Source: Verrucomicrobiota bacterium (lineage in GTDB: Bacteria; Verrucomicrobiota; Verrucomicrobiia; Limisphaerales; Palsa-1400). From it: a DNA stretch of 64,000 bases. The stretch spans positions 160,001 through 224,000 of the forward strand of contig JBEKYR010000002.1 in assembly GCA_049510745.1 (NCBI GenBank). Reading direction: 5' to 3'. Both the position numbers and the translations under genes were made by a program. Positions 46,210 through 56,468 of this stretch are shown here, in pieces. Every line of letters begins with the position of its first letter. Position 1 is the stretch's first letter. The notes beneath the pieces are model-generated. The model was not told the origin of the DNA and did not search any database. It saw only the letters and a list, made by a program, of their open reading frames with translations.

Positions 46210-47715
46210 TCAGGTGTATCCGAACGCGCGGCAGAATGGTTCCAAAACGGGGAAAATCGGGGCCAGGTGTTTCTCGTAAGCATGCCACCGGGCCACCGAG
46301 CGGTGATAGACCGGACGGGTCACGTCCTGGTAGGTTGGGGAGTAAAGGTGCTTGGCGGCGCTCTTTTCGTAAAATCGCGCCTGATCCGGGTGCCATTCCA
46401 GGGCAAGGAACTCGGTGACCCGGCGTCCCTCCGCCGGCAGGTCGGCGACGATGTCCTCGTAACGGGTCTGAATCCAGGCAAAGCCTTCCCATTCGCGCAC
46501 CATCAGCCAAATGCCCATGAGGTCGGCGTAGTGCTTGGCCAGGCGCCCGAAATCGAGGAAGTTCACATTGGCCGAGTTGAGGGGGATGTTTTGAAAGTAA
46601 CAACTGAGCGCGACATCGCGGGGATCGCGCAAGGCGATGAGCACGCGCAGTTCCGGGAAGACGCGCAGCCAGAGCGGAAGCCGGGCGGTCGGAGAGGGAT
46701 TTTTGTCCACGAGGATTTTACCGGCCGCGTCGCCGCCCAGGTCCTGCCGGAGCGCCTGGATATAGTGCCGGCGCAGGACATTGACGCGCGCGCTGGAAAG
46801 GGAGTTGGACTTGTGAAACTCCGGCTGGAGAACTTCCAGGAACGCCGCCGGCTCATCGACCGCGGCCACGCCCGGGTGAGCGTCCAGAATTTGCTCCAGC
46901 AAGGTCGTGCCGCTGCGGGGATGGCCGCCGAGAAAGGCCAGCGGCGGGATGGCTTCCCGCTTGCGCTCCGGAAAGAGTTTTGCCCAAGTGCGGAGAACGT
47001 CCTTGGGCTGGCTGGCCGTAAACCGCCGGATGCTCTCCGCGCTTTGATCGTATCCGCGCATGAGCAAGGCCGCGTCCGCCAAGCCGCGCACGATGTCCTT
47101 TGCCTCGCCCAGCAGGCGCATCGCTTCATCGAAACGGTCCGTTCGATCCAGGACCTGGGCCAATTCGTAGCGGGCGGCGTAACGGACGTAGGGATGCCGG
47201 GGCTCGGAGGCGATCAGGTCGCGCAGCCGGCGTTCGGCCTCCTCCAATTTGCCCTCGCGCCGGTCAAGAAGGGCGGAGAAATAGCGGGCCTGGTCGTCTT
47301 GGGGATCAATGGCCAGACACTCGGCGACGGCCGCCCGGGCCTGATCCAGACAATGCGTCTTCTCCAGAAGGACGGCCAGGCTGATGCGGGAGTTGATGCC
47401 ACGCGGATCGGCGGCGGCGGCCCGGAGGAAACAAGCGCGGGCCTTTTCCGGGAAGCGCGACGCCTCGTATTGATGGCCCACCAGGCCGATGAGTTCGGCG
47501 TTGTGCGGCTCCAGTTCGATCGCTTTGCTCCAGGCGCGGTCCGCCAGCTCCAATTGGCGCAATTTGCAGGCGGCATTGCCGCATTCATACCAAACGACCG
47601 CCGCGCCAGGGCATTGCCGGGTCAATTTCTGATAAAGCGCCAAGGCCCGGCTGGCATCGCCGCCAAGCAAGAGATCCCGGGCTCGATTCAGATCGTTCTG
47701 GGCATGGGCCGCCAT
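46210..47715 (-). CDS. TPR-repeat sulfotransferase
   Basis: N-terminal TPRs; PRSGTTLLEQIL (5'-PSB), RDPRDVALS (3'-PB), RYEDIV. Confidence 0.88.
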   Translation of the reverse strand: MAAHAQNDLNRARDLLLGGDASRALALYQKLTRQCPGAAVVWYECGNAACKLRQLELADRAWSKAIELEPHNAELIGLVGHQYEASRFPEKARACFLRAAAADPRGINSRISLAVLLEKTHCLDQARAAVAECLAIDPQDDQARYFSALLDRREGKLEEAERRLRDLIASEPRHPYVRYAARYELAQVLDRTDRFDEAMRLLGEAKDIVRGLADAALLMRGYDQSAESIRRFTASQPKDVLRTWAKLFPERKREAIPPLAFLGGHPRSGTTLLEQILDAHPGVAAVDEPAAFLEVLQPEFHKSNSLSSARVNVLRRHYIQALRQDLGGDAAGKILVDKNPSPTARLPLWLRVFPELRVLIALRDPRDVALSCYFQNIPLNSANVNFLDFGRLAKHYADLMGIWLMVREWEGFAWIQTRYEDIVADLPAEGRRVTEFLALEWHPDQARFYEKSAAKHLYSPTYQDVTRPVYHRSVARWHAYEKHLAPIFPVLEPFCRAFGYT

Positions 47716-47955
47716 AATGACACAAGGCGCAAACGCGCGCCGGCCCAAGGTGCCCCGGCCAAATGAGCGTCACAAGACCCAAATCCGCGCCGTCCCCAAA
47801 CCACCAAAACCGGGCCAAGACAAAAGAGCTTGACAACTCGATTGGCCCTGCTGTTAGATGCACCCACGCTAACCCCCAAGCTGTGGGCCGATTGTGATCG
47901 CTGCGTCGGATCGACGGCTTGCGAAAAAGTGAAGGCTAATAAACAGGAAAGTCTT

Positions 47956-49998
47956 ATGAAAAAACTGCGCTGCTCCCCCAAAATCTCCCGCACCAAGAAA
48001 ATCGCCTGCACCGTCTCGGCGGCCGCCCTCATGCTGGGCGTCAGCTCGGCGGCCACAGTGGGCTTGCACTTCCAGGAAAACTACTGCGGCTCCGCCCGTT
48101 ACTCCGGTTTTCCGGTCACCTTGACCGCGTTCGGCATCGCCCCGAGCGGCTGGGAAAATCTGATCCCGATGGACACGGGCTACGATGGTTGTTCCATCGC
48201 AAGCGCCCCGTATAGTTTCACGTTGAACGAAGTCATCGACACCACCACTTCGGCCAACGGGTTGAATCCCCTGCCAAACGGTTCACTCAATGTGACCTGG
48301 AGCGCCAATGACGCCAATTTCAGCGGATTTGCCGGTTATGGCGGCAAGCCTCCCAGCTATGCCTACGATGGGGCCCCGCCCAACCCCATTCCAACAGGAG
48401 AATGGCAGGTTTACTCAACATTTCTGCGCGACGGAGTTAATTTTGGCATCACTGCGTCGGGCGACTACGATTATCTTTATTGCGGTGACAATTCCCAGCC
48501 TGGTTATACAGTCGATATCACGGGCCTGCACAGCCTCTTCACCAACGGCCCCTTTGTGATCGAATTAATTGCGGCCGCCGATTCCATGCAGACGCTCACG
48601 AATGCCTTTATCATTGACGTGGCTTCTTCCACGACGAATTCGGTCACCTATCCCAGCACTCCCACTCCTTATGACGAGGGGGGAACTTGTAGTCAATGGC
48701 TTCGGGGGCATGGCGGAGGGCTCAGCACGGTCAGCGGGACGTTGAACACCGATCATGTGCAGATTATGAGCAACCATCCGCAACACGGAGGCGTCGGCGT
48801 CCCGCCCAACGGCTTTGACAACGCCGGCACCATCTCCGGCTTCATCATCACCGACAAGCCCGTGGTCACCATGCCGCCCCAATCGCTCTTGGCGAATCTG
48901 GGAGACACAGTTCTGCTGAACCCTTATGCCATTGGCGTGCCGCCGCTGTCGTACCAGTGGCGCAGGAACGGAAGCGCGATTGCCAGCGCCACCGATTCAT
49001 CCTACACGATTGCCGCAGTCACCCTCGGGAACGCCGGAAATTACGATCTGGTGGTCACCAATCTTTACGGCGCCACCACAAGCCTCGTTGCCACCGTGGG
49101 AAGCTTCATCACGCAGGCGTCCGCCGCCGAGGTTGTTGCTGATTCCAATCCCGCCAACCCGGAACGGGACGGCACGGACCTGGGAGCAACCTGGCTGGCT
49201 TCCAGTTCGGATGGCACGACCACCCGTTCAGGCGTGATGCAATTCGTGGCGGCCCAGACCAACGGCATTTCAGTCCAGGGAACCACCAACTTCGATGTCG
49301 ACGCGGGCACGGTCATGTTCTGGATGCAGTCGGCGGGGACTGATACCAGCACGAGCGGAGCCAACGGAGCGTCGCTCTTTTGCCGGCCTTCCGGCACGGC
49401 GGGCGTTGACTTTATGGTGCTGCAGCAAGACGACGGCACCCTCGAGTTCATAGCCCCCGAATCGGCCAACATTTTTGGCTCTGTGGCAAACGTGTCGGAC
49501 AACAAGTGGCATTTTGTGGCGGTCACCTTTGACTCCTCGGGGGCCGGTGGCGCCATCCTCTATGTCGATGGCGCCTTGGATACGACCAATGCCAATTTCC
49601 TCTCATGGTCCTGGCCGGTGGGCCAGCCGCTTCAGATCGGCTTCTCCACGGACTCGACCTGGAGGGCTTACAATGGCTTGCTGGACGACGTTCGCTTCTA
49701 CAACCGCCAGTTGACCGCGGCTGAGATCGCCTCTGTCTTCCATACCGGCGCTTTGGTGGACACCAACGCGCTCCAGATGCAACTCAATTTCAGCGCCCCT
49801 CCCGGAATGGGAATCGTTCTGAGTTGGAAGGAGAGCACCGCCGTCCTCCAATCAGCTTCCAAAGTAAACGGGCCTTATTTGGATGTGCCGGCGGCGGTTT
49901 CGCCCTATATCGTCGTCCCCGAGGCGACTGAAAAGTTCTTCCGCTACCGCTACCTCCACGCGCCGCAATCGCTGATCAGCAATCCCTATCTCATGTGA
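47956..49998 (+). CDS. Secreted protein with Ig-like and LamG/concanavalin-like domains
   Basis: Signal peptide; PPLSYQW..NG...Y.LVVTN.YG (Ig); WHFVAVT..LYVDG..GLLDDVRFYNR.L (LamG). Confidence 0.85.
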   Translation: MKKLRCSPKISRTKKIACTVSAAALMLGVSSAATVGLHFQENYCGSARYSGFPVTLTAFGIAPSGWENLIPMDTGYDGCSIASAPYSFTLNEVIDTTTSANGLNPLPNGSLNVTWSANDANFSGFAGYGGKPPSYAYDGAPPNPIPTGEWQVYSTFLRDGVNFGITASGDYDYLYCGDNSQPGYTVDITGLHSLFTNGPFVIELIAAADSMQTLTNAFIIDVASSTTNSVTYPSTPTPYDEGGTCSQWLRGHGGGLSTVSGTLNTDHVQIMSNHPQHGGVGVPPNGFDNAGTISGFIITDKPVVTMPPQSLLANLGDTVLLNPYAIGVPPLSYQWRRNGSAIASATDSSYTIAAVTLGNAGNYDLVVTNLYGATTSLVATVGSFITQASAAEVVADSNPANPERDGTDLGATWLASSSDGTTTRSGVMQFVAAQTNGISVQGTTNFDVDAGTVMFWMQSAGTDTSTSGANGASLFCRPSGTAGVDFMVLQQDDGTLEFIAPESANIFGSVANVSDNKWHFVAVTFDSSGAGGAILYVDGALDTTNANFLSWSWPVGQPLQIGFSTDSTWRAYNGLLDDVRFYNRQLTAAEIASVFHTGALVDTNALQMQLNFSAPPGMGIVLSWKESTAVLQSASKVNGPYLDVPAAVSPYIVVPEATEKFFRYRYLHAPQSLISNPYLM

Positions 49999-50036
49999 TC
50001 CCTTAACCCCGGCACAGGGGCGCCGAAAAGAGGAAG

Positions 50037-51107
50037 CTATTTGGCCTCCGCTGCCGTGGCGGGGAGGGCGTTGCGTTTGGCCATGATGGCGGCGACAATC
50101 TTTTCGGCCAGGGCGGGTTTCTCCACCAGGGCCTGGCGGGCGGCCTCCTTGCCCTGGCCGATTAACTCGCCCTCGAATTGCAGCCAGGCGCCTTTCTTGT
50201 CCACCACGCCGTGGGCGATGCCCACGTCCAGGATGCTGCCTTCCTTGTTGATGCCGTGATCGTAGAGAATCTCGAATTCCGCCTCGGCGAAGGGCGGGGC
50301 GACTTTGTTTTTGACAATTTTCACCTTGACTGCGTTGCCGATGGCGGCGCCGGCCGCGTCCTTCAAGGTGTCGCGCCGGCGGATGTCGATGCGGATGCTG
50401 GCGTAGAATTTGAGCGCCTTGCCGCCGGGGGTCGTTTCCGGGTTGCCGAACATCACGCCGACTTTTTCGCGCAACTGGTTGGTGAAGATGCAGGTGGTTT
50501 TGGATTTGGCGAGGATGGCGGTGAGTTTGCGCAAGGCCTGGCTCATCAGGCGCGCCTGCATGCCCATCGTCGCCATGCCCATCTCGCCTTCCAACTCGGC
50601 CTTCGGCACGAGGGCGGCGACCGAATCGACCACAATGACGTCCAGGGCGTTGGAGCGGGCCAGTGTTTCACAGATGCTCAGGGCCTCCTCGCCGCTGTCC
50701 GGCTGGGAAACCAGCAGGTCATCGAGATTCACCCCCAGTTTCTTGGCGTAGGCCGGGTCCAGCGCGTGTTCGGCGTCGATGAACGCGGCCAGGCCGCCGG
50801 CTTTCTGCGCGCTGGCAATGACATGCAGCATCAGGGTGGTTTTGCCGGAGGATTCGGGGCCGAAAATCTCGACCACCCGCCCGCGCGGCACCCCGCCCAC
50901 CCCCAGCGCCAAGTCCACCGCCAGCGCGCCGGTGGGGATGACCGCGATGCCCACCTTGGCCCGGGCGTCGCCCAGCCGCATGATGCTGCCGTCCCCGTAT
51001 GTTTTGGTGATCGAGGAAATGGCGGCGTCGAGGTCCCGCTGGCGCGTGGCCGAGATTTTGGGATCGGCGGGTTTTGTTTCGGCCGGTTTTTCGGATTTAG
51101 GAGGCAT
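50037..51107 (-). CDS. recA: Recombinase A
   Basis: [42 protein letters not shown]. Confidence 0.98.
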   Translation of the reverse strand: MPPKSEKPAETKPADPKISATRQRDLDAAISSITKTYGDGSIMRLGDARAKVGIAVIPTGALAVDLALGVGGVPRGRVVEIFGPESSGKTTLMLHVIASAQKAGGLAAFIDAEHALDPAYAKKLGVNLDDLLVSQPDSGEEALSICETLARSNALDVIVVDSVAALVPKAELEGEMGMATMGMQARLMSQALRKLTAILAKSKTTCIFTNQLREKVGVMFGNPETTPGGKALKFYASIRIDIRRRDTLKDAAGAAIGNAVKVKIVKNKVAPPFAEAEFEILYDHGINKEGSILDVGIAHGVVDKKGAWLQFEGELIGQGKEAARQALVEKPALAEKIVAAIMAKRNALPATAAEAK

Positions 51108-51135
51108 GAGGCAAGTTTAAGGTTAAGGTTTAAAG

Positions 51136-51969
51136 TTAAAAGTCTTCTGAATTTGCATCCGCTTGGGCGGTTGAGTCAATGGCGGGTTCGCCGGCCCCGG
51201 CGCCGCGGTGGCAGCAGACGCCGCGCCGGCTGGCGGCGATGAAATCGAGCAGCACGGTGGCGGACGCGCCGGTGAATTGCGTCCGCGCCTCGGCCACCGC
51301 CTCGGAAAGATTCTGCCCGGAGCGAAAGAGCTTGTGGTAAAGCCGTTTCAATTCCAGGCGCTCCTCGGCGCTGAATTGGGCGCGGCGCAGGCCGATGACG
51401 TTGAGTCCACAGAGGTTGTTGACGCCGCGCGCGATGGCAAAGGGAGGCACGTCCTGGCTGACGGCCGTGCCGCCTTGCAGGATGACCAGCGTGCCGAGGC
51501 GCACGAATTGATGCACCAGACAGTTGCCGGAGATGAACACGCCATCGGCCACTTGCGCATAGCCGCCCAGCAAGGCGCCGTTGGCCACGATGACGCGGCT
51601 GCCCAGGCAGACATTGTGGCCGACGTGCGAATTGACCATGAGAAAATTGTCCGAGCCAATGACGGTGGCTTCATCGGGTTTGGCCGAGCCATGCACGGTG
51701 ACCCCTTCGCGAAAGAGGTTGCGGTCGCCGATGACCAGGCGCGCCGGCTCGCCCTTGTATTTGACATCCTGGGGCGCGTCGCCGATGACGCAGCCGGCGT
51801 GGAAATGGTTGCCGGCGCCGATGGTGGCGTGGCCGGTGAGATACACGTGCGGCCCGACCCGGCAGCCCGGGCCGAGAGAGACATGCGCGTCAATCACGGC
51901 GCAGGGGCGGACCTCGACCGTGGAATCCAGTTGGGCTTTTGGACTAATGATGGCCGTTGGATGGATCAT
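51136..51969 (-). CDS. lpxA: UDP-N-acetylglucosamine O-acyltransferase
   Basis: MIHPTAII, hexapeptide repeats, PQD.KY.GE, SHVGHN, VHQF, GLN.IGLRR. Confidence 0.9.
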   Translation of the reverse strand: MIHPTAIISPKAQLDSTVEVRPCAVIDAHVSLGPGCRVGPHVYLTGHATIGAGNHFHAGCVIGDAPQDVKYKGEPARLVIGDRNLFREGVTVHGSAKPDEATVIGSDNFLMVNSHVGHNVCLGSRVIVANGALLGGYAQVADGVFISGNCLVHQFVRLGTLVILQGGTAVSQDVPPFAIARGVNNLCGLNVIGLRRAQFSAEERLELKRLYHKLFRSGQNLSEAVAEARTQFTGASATVLLDFIAASRRGVCCHRGAGAGEPAIDSTAQADANSEDF

Positions 51970-52089
51970 GCAACCGGCTTCATAAAAGGCACAACGCCGC
52001 CGAAGCGTCAAGCTCCGCCATCCTTGGGCAATGTCCTAATTTGGACGAATTGACGTTTGTAATCGGGGTTGGCACGGAAATTGATTTAT

Positions 52090-52572
52090 CTATTTTGGAA
52101 AATAAAATTTAACCTTTTCCGCGGCAAGCATTTGAAACGGATTTACGCAACCAACATCCATTGCTTTGCAGGCATTTGGAATTTTGACCTGCTTCCCGCT
52201 TGATGCAATTTCAGTCGTGACGACCATGTGCTTGTACGCATGGGCATAGCCAACTAACACAAAATCTGCATCCCCCAAGAATTTAGCCTGTGCCGCACCG
52301 GTATAATTATCAAGAACCCAACCGGTTAAGATCTTTAAACTTTCATAAGTTTGCCCTTCATTAGTTTCAACAAACATTGTCCTTCTCTGTTTGGCCCAGT
52401 TAGAGAGCCAGTCTTGCCGCCCCATCAATTCATCTCGAACTCTTTTAATGCTTAAAACTTTCCCGTTTGCATGTGCATGATCCAGCCATTCCCAAAATCC
52501 AGGACATATAGCAGGTCCATAGTAATGGTTTTTTGCTTCAATAAAAACGTTCGAGTCTAATAGATAGGCCAT
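52090..52572 (-). CDS. DUF4411-family PIN-like nuclease
   Basis: YLLDSNVFI...YY....PGFW.WL, V.DEL, AD..LV..A, VVT.E, KIPNAC. Confidence 0.88.
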   Translation of the reverse strand: MAYLLDSNVFIEAKNHYYGPAICPGFWEWLDHAHANGKVLSIKRVRDELMGRQDWLSNWAKQRRTMFVETNEGQTYESLKILTGWVLDNYTGAAQAKFLGDADFVLVGYAHAYKHMVVTTEIASSGKQVKIPNACKAMDVGCVNPFQMLAAEKVKFYFPK

Positions 52573-53717
52573 TCCGTTCCCTTTTGTAGCTCCCTGATAT
52601 ATTTTAGGAAAGTTGCCTCTTTTTTTATACCAAGAAACTGCATCGCATCACGTTGCATTGTTCGTCCAGCAAGGGCCTCCTGAATGATCGTTATAGAAAA
52701 CCTTCTGCTATGTTTATATTGCTCATTTACATAATAATTCCCACCGGTGGATTTGGTTGCCACGCTGGCAATCATTTTGTAATAAGAATTGAATTTAGCC
52801 TCTGTGAGTAAGGCGGCATCGCGGGCACGCCTTGCGACCACAACACGGCTGATTTTATATTCACGGGATAATCTGTCAATCTCACCAATATCATTTATCT
52901 CCCCTCGCCATGAAACACGAAGTTCTTCAAGTGGCAAGAGAACCTCTGCGGCTACACTGTTGCAATAGCGTTCGAGTTCAGTGTGGGTGGAATATGTCCT
53001 TTCAAGATTAGAAACTCCGGTTTCGCCAAGCCACACATGAGCAATTTCGTGGGCAATCGTGAATATCTGCGCTGCCGGAGCGTCGGCCCCGTTTATGAAA
53101 ATCAGCGGAGCATATTCATCGGATAGCGCGAATCCGCGAAATTCATCAACTGATAATATACGACTTGTGTTCTCCCCGACGTATCCAGACCTCAAAACAA
53201 GAATGCCAGAATCCTCTGCCGCCTCAATCGTGTACCTGATCGTGTCTTCCCATTTTACCGTCCTTTGGGCTAATGCAGGGCCGATGTTTAACGTTCTCCT
53301 GATGTCTTCTGCGGTTTCTCGCGCCGGGATTCGTATGGAAGATTTACCAACAAAAGGTAATGGCGTTTTGCCGTTGGAAATCAGATACTCTCGATACCAA
53401 TCTTGTTTGAGTTGTGCGCTGTAAATGACATCCAAGAGATCGTTGCTTGGGTCCGACGAATCTGCACCGTCAACTCGGCGAAAATCGGCAATTGGCAGAC
53501 TAGGCTGCGGTGGCTCTTGCAGAAATAAAAATCCAAATGGGGTATCCGTTTTATCAGCCAATGGTTCCACCAAAGAAAATGGAATGGAGCCAGTTGCCTC
53601 CCATTTCTTCACAAGTCCCAATTGAACCCCAATACGCTCGGCCAATGTGGCCTCAGAAAGGCCCGCCTTGTTGCGCGCCCAGCGCAAGACGCCCGGATTA
53701 AGTATTGCATCGCTCAT
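52557..53717 (-). CDS. XRE-HTH + ImmA/IrrE (DUF955) zinc metallopeptidase
   Basis: L.WAR..AGLS...LA HTH, DFR, EFRGFAL, FTIAHEIAH (HExxH), E.YCN.VAAE.LLP. Confidence 0.9.
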   Translation of the reverse strand: MSDAILNPGVLRWARNKAGLSEATLAERIGVQLGLVKKWEATGSIPFSLVEPLADKTDTPFGFLFLQEPPQPSLPIADFRRVDGADSSDPSNDLLDVIYSAQLKQDWYREYLISNGKTPLPFVGKSSIRIPARETAEDIRRTLNIGPALAQRTVKWEDTIRYTIEAAEDSGILVLRSGYVGENTSRILSVDEFRGFALSDEYAPLIFINGADAPAAQIFTIAHEIAHVWLGETGVSNLERTYSTHTELERYCNSVAAEVLLPLEELRVSWRGEINDIGEIDRLSREYKISRVVVARRARDAALLTEAKFNSYYKMIASVATKSTGGNYYVNEQYKHSRRFSITIIQEALAGRTMQRDAMQFLGIKKEATFLKYIRELQKGTEWPIY

Positions 53718-53944
53718 AATACAGCCTCCGATTTAAGCAGGCTGCCGCCAGTTTTGATGTAATCCGAAACCAGCCAATCCACTAACCATGACGGCTTCTT
53801 TTTCCACTGATTCCGTGCAGCCTGCCAGTTTTGTTCGTTTAAGGAAACACAAATTTTTACGGTCCCGCCTGGTCTCGGTTTTCTCCCGGCATTTTTTCTC
53901 CACCCTCCCCATCCCGATTTTTTCTTCATTTTTTCGTTTGACAT
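53714..53944 (-). CDS. Small DNA-binding protein (GG.R.NAGRKP + RHH-like)
   Basis: GWGGWRKNAGRKP motif; ATGA overlap with the IrrE gene; divergent from the transposase. Confidence 0.6.
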   Translation of the reverse strand: MSNEKMKKKSGWGGWRKNAGRKPRPGGTVKICVSLNEQNWQAARNQWKKKPSWLVDWLVSDYIKTGGSLLKSEAVL

Positions 53945-54001
53945 ATCTACTTGATATAGTACGATTAAATCAAACTAGGCGAAAAGTCAAAGGAAAAATT
54001 T

Positions 54002-54668
54002 ATGGCAAATGAACTGAAAACCGAAAAAAAAGACGGTTGCGGTTTCCATGCTGGCCGAAGGCAGCAGCATCCGCTCCATTGAACGAACCATCGGCATTCA
54101 CCGCGATACGGTCATGCGGCTTGGCGTGCGCGTTGGCCAGGGTTGCCAGCGCATCATGGACGAAAAGCTCCGCAACCTGAATTGTGGGCGGATTGAGGTT
54201 GACGAGGTATGGGGATTTATCGGGATGAAGCAAAAAACGGCCATGCGGATGAATCAGCCTGGCCCTGACGTTGGCGACATTTGGACGTGGGTTGCCCTTG
54301 ACCCGGAAACCACACTTGTGCCGACGTTTGCCATTGGCGACCGGACGCAATACATGGCGAATTGTTTCATTGAGGATTTGGCGTCTCGCCTTGCTCACCG
54401 GGTTCCACTTTCCAGTGACGGCCTCGAAGCGTATCAGGACGCACTTGAACGCGCTTTCGGCTGCGAAGTGGACTACGGCTCAATTATCAAAATCTTTGGC
54501 CATACGGAACTTGCGGAACAACGGCGGTATTCCCCGCCGGAAGTCGTGAGGGTTAACAGGGTGGCCATCCAAGGGATGCCGGATGTTGACCTAATCTCCA
54601 CAAGCCACGTTGAAAAACAAATCCGCAATTTGGAAGACAAGTTGAGCAGTCTTAAAAAACCAAATTAG
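54002..54668 (+). pseudogene. IS1-family DDE transposase, frameshifted and 3'-truncated
   Basis: EGSSIRSIER..G.HRDT, VDEVWGF, SDG..AY, YSP, ISTSHVEKQ; an extra A in the A8 run (54024-54031) puts ATG 54002 out of frame; similarity ends after VEKQ. Confidence 0.85.
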
Positions 54669-54849
54669 GACACTACCCATCCTTGAAAATCCAAAGCGCA
54701 AGTCCCGATTTTCAAGGATCAGGATTCGGCCCCCCGGGAACCGGGGCGGGCACAGTCCCTCTCAATCGCGCCCGGCCGCTTCTTTCGACAAACAATTCTC
54801 CCGCGTCCGCCGAAAGCGGGCGCGGGAGAAGTCGTGCAGCGGAGCAGGG

Positions 54850-56352
54850 TCAACCTGCTTTGCTCTCATCCACCACCAGGTAGTGGCTGCCATTGCCGCT
54901 CCAAACATGGAGCAGGGTTGTTTTGTCCTTCGCGTGCTCAGTGAACTTGACGGCGTCATCGGCGCTTTTCACCGGGTGATGGTTGATCTCCAGGATCACG
55001 TCGCCCGGCTTGAGGCCCGCTTCGGCCGCGGCGGAGTTGGGGGCGACCTCCGTCACCACCGCGCCTTTGACGTGTTCGGGGATGCCGAATTGCTGGTGGG
55101 CCTGCGCGTTCAGGTCGCTCACCGCCACGCCTTGGAGAGTGTCGGTGTCCTGCGAATTGTCCGCGTCGTTTTTGGCCAACTGGTCGCTGCCCGGCAATTC
55201 CTTCACCTTGACTTCCAGGGTCCTGGTGGAACCGTCGCGGAGGATTTCCACCGGCACTTTGTCGCCGGGAGCGGTGTTGGCCACGGCCAGTTTCAGATGA
55301 CGGCTGTCGCTGACCTTGTGGCCGTTGAACTCGACAATCACGTCGCCGTTTTGCAGGCCCGCCTTGGAGGCCGGGCCATCGGGCACAACCCCGCCCACCA
55401 GCGCGCCCTGGTCGTTCTTGAGGTTGAACTCCCTGGCCAGCGGCGGAGTAATATCCTGGATCATGACGCCCAGGTAGCCGCGGGTCACTTTGCCGTACTC
55501 GATGAGGCTGACCATGATCCCGCGCGCCAGATCGGTCGGGATGGCGAAACCTATGCCCTGGTTGCCGCCGTTGCGGCTGTAAATCGCGGTGTTAATGCCG
55601 ATCAAACGGCCCTCCGCATCCACCAATGCGCCGCCGGAATTGCCCGGGTTGATCGCGGCATCCGTCTGGATGAAGTCCTCATAATCCAGGCCCAACGTGG
55701 CGCGCCCGGTCGCGCTGATGATGCCCATCGTCACCGTCTGGCCGATGGCATAGGGATTGCCGATGGCCAAAACGACATCGCCGACCTCGGCTTTGTCGCT
55801 CTCGGCAAAGGAGACGGCGGGAAGGTCGTGGGCGTCGATCTTGATGACGGCGAGGTCGGATTTGGGGTCTTTGCCGATGACTTTGGCGGTAAACTCCCGG
55901 CCGTCGTTGAGCGTGACAGTGACTTCGTTGGCGCCATCGACGACGTGATTATTGGTCAGGATGTAGCCGTCCTTGGTGACGAGGACGCCGGAGCCGGCGC
56001 CGTGTTCGGGCGGCGTGTATAATTTCTGATGGAAGCCGGGAAATTGCGGCCCAAAGAATTGGCGGAAGAAAGGATCCTCGGGCAGGTTGAGATTGGCCGG
56101 GGTTTCCTTGGCCGCGATTTTCACCGCCACCTTGACGACGCTGGGGATGACTTTCTTGACGATGGGGGCGAAGCTGGCGCTGAGTTTGACGTCATGCGCC
56201 AGCGGGCGGTCATCCACGACCAGGCCGAGGGATTTGACCTTTGACGCCTGGTCGCTGGCATGAACCGTGGTCACCACGGCGTAGCTGCCGGCCAGGAAAG
56301 CGCCGCCCAAGAGGAGGGCGGCCACGCTGCGAAATGTCTGATTTGTTTTCAT
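54850..56352 (-). CDS. degP: DegP/HtrA (Do) serine protease with two PDZ domains
   Basis: GSG..ILTNNHVV, DLAVIKI, QTDAAINPGNSGG, two PDZ domains. Confidence 0.92.
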   Translation of the reverse strand: MKTNQTFRSVAALLLGGAFLAGSYAVVTTVHASDQASKVKSLGLVVDDRPLAHDVKLSASFAPIVKKVIPSVVKVAVKIAAKETPANLNLPEDPFFRQFFGPQFPGFHQKLYTPPEHGAGSGVLVTKDGYILTNNHVVDGANEVTVTLNDGREFTAKVIGKDPKSDLAVIKIDAHDLPAVSFAESDKAEVGDVVLAIGNPYAIGQTVTMGIISATGRATLGLDYEDFIQTDAAINPGNSGGALVDAEGRLIGINTAIYSRNGGNQGIGFAIPTDLARGIMVSLIEYGKVTRGYLGVMIQDITPPLAREFNLKNDQGALVGGVVPDGPASKAGLQNGDVIVEFNGHKVSDSRHLKLAVANTAPGDKVPVEILRDGSTRTLEVKVKELPGSDQLAKNDADNSQDTDTLQGVAVSDLNAQAHQQFGIPEHVKGAVVTEVAPNSAAAEAGLKPGDVILEINHHPVKSADDAVKFTEHAKDKTTLLHVWSGNGSHYLVVDESKAG

Positions 56353-56468
56353 TGTTCGTTCTGATTCTTGTTTCCGTTGCACTTTGCATTCGTTACCGAA
56401 AACAAGATGGCAGGGCCGGATGACAGCAGGCTTTCCGGAGTATTACAAATTGGTAAGGAAAACGCCCT

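Larger units (their letters stand above)
52027..54677. mobile_element. IS1-family passenger transposon (2651 bp), probably non-autonomous
   Basis: Left IR GGCAATGTCCTAATTTGG (52027-52044) vs right IR reverse complement GGTAGTGTCCTAATTTGG (54660-54677), 16/18 match; 8-bp direct repeat CATCCTTG at 52019-52026 and 54678-54685; AT-richer interior. Confidence 0.9.

Noticed and set aside
56441..56457. TTAC-N6-GTAA inverted repeat upstream of degP as a regulator site
   Set aside because: Only 4-bp arms; cannot be distinguished from chance
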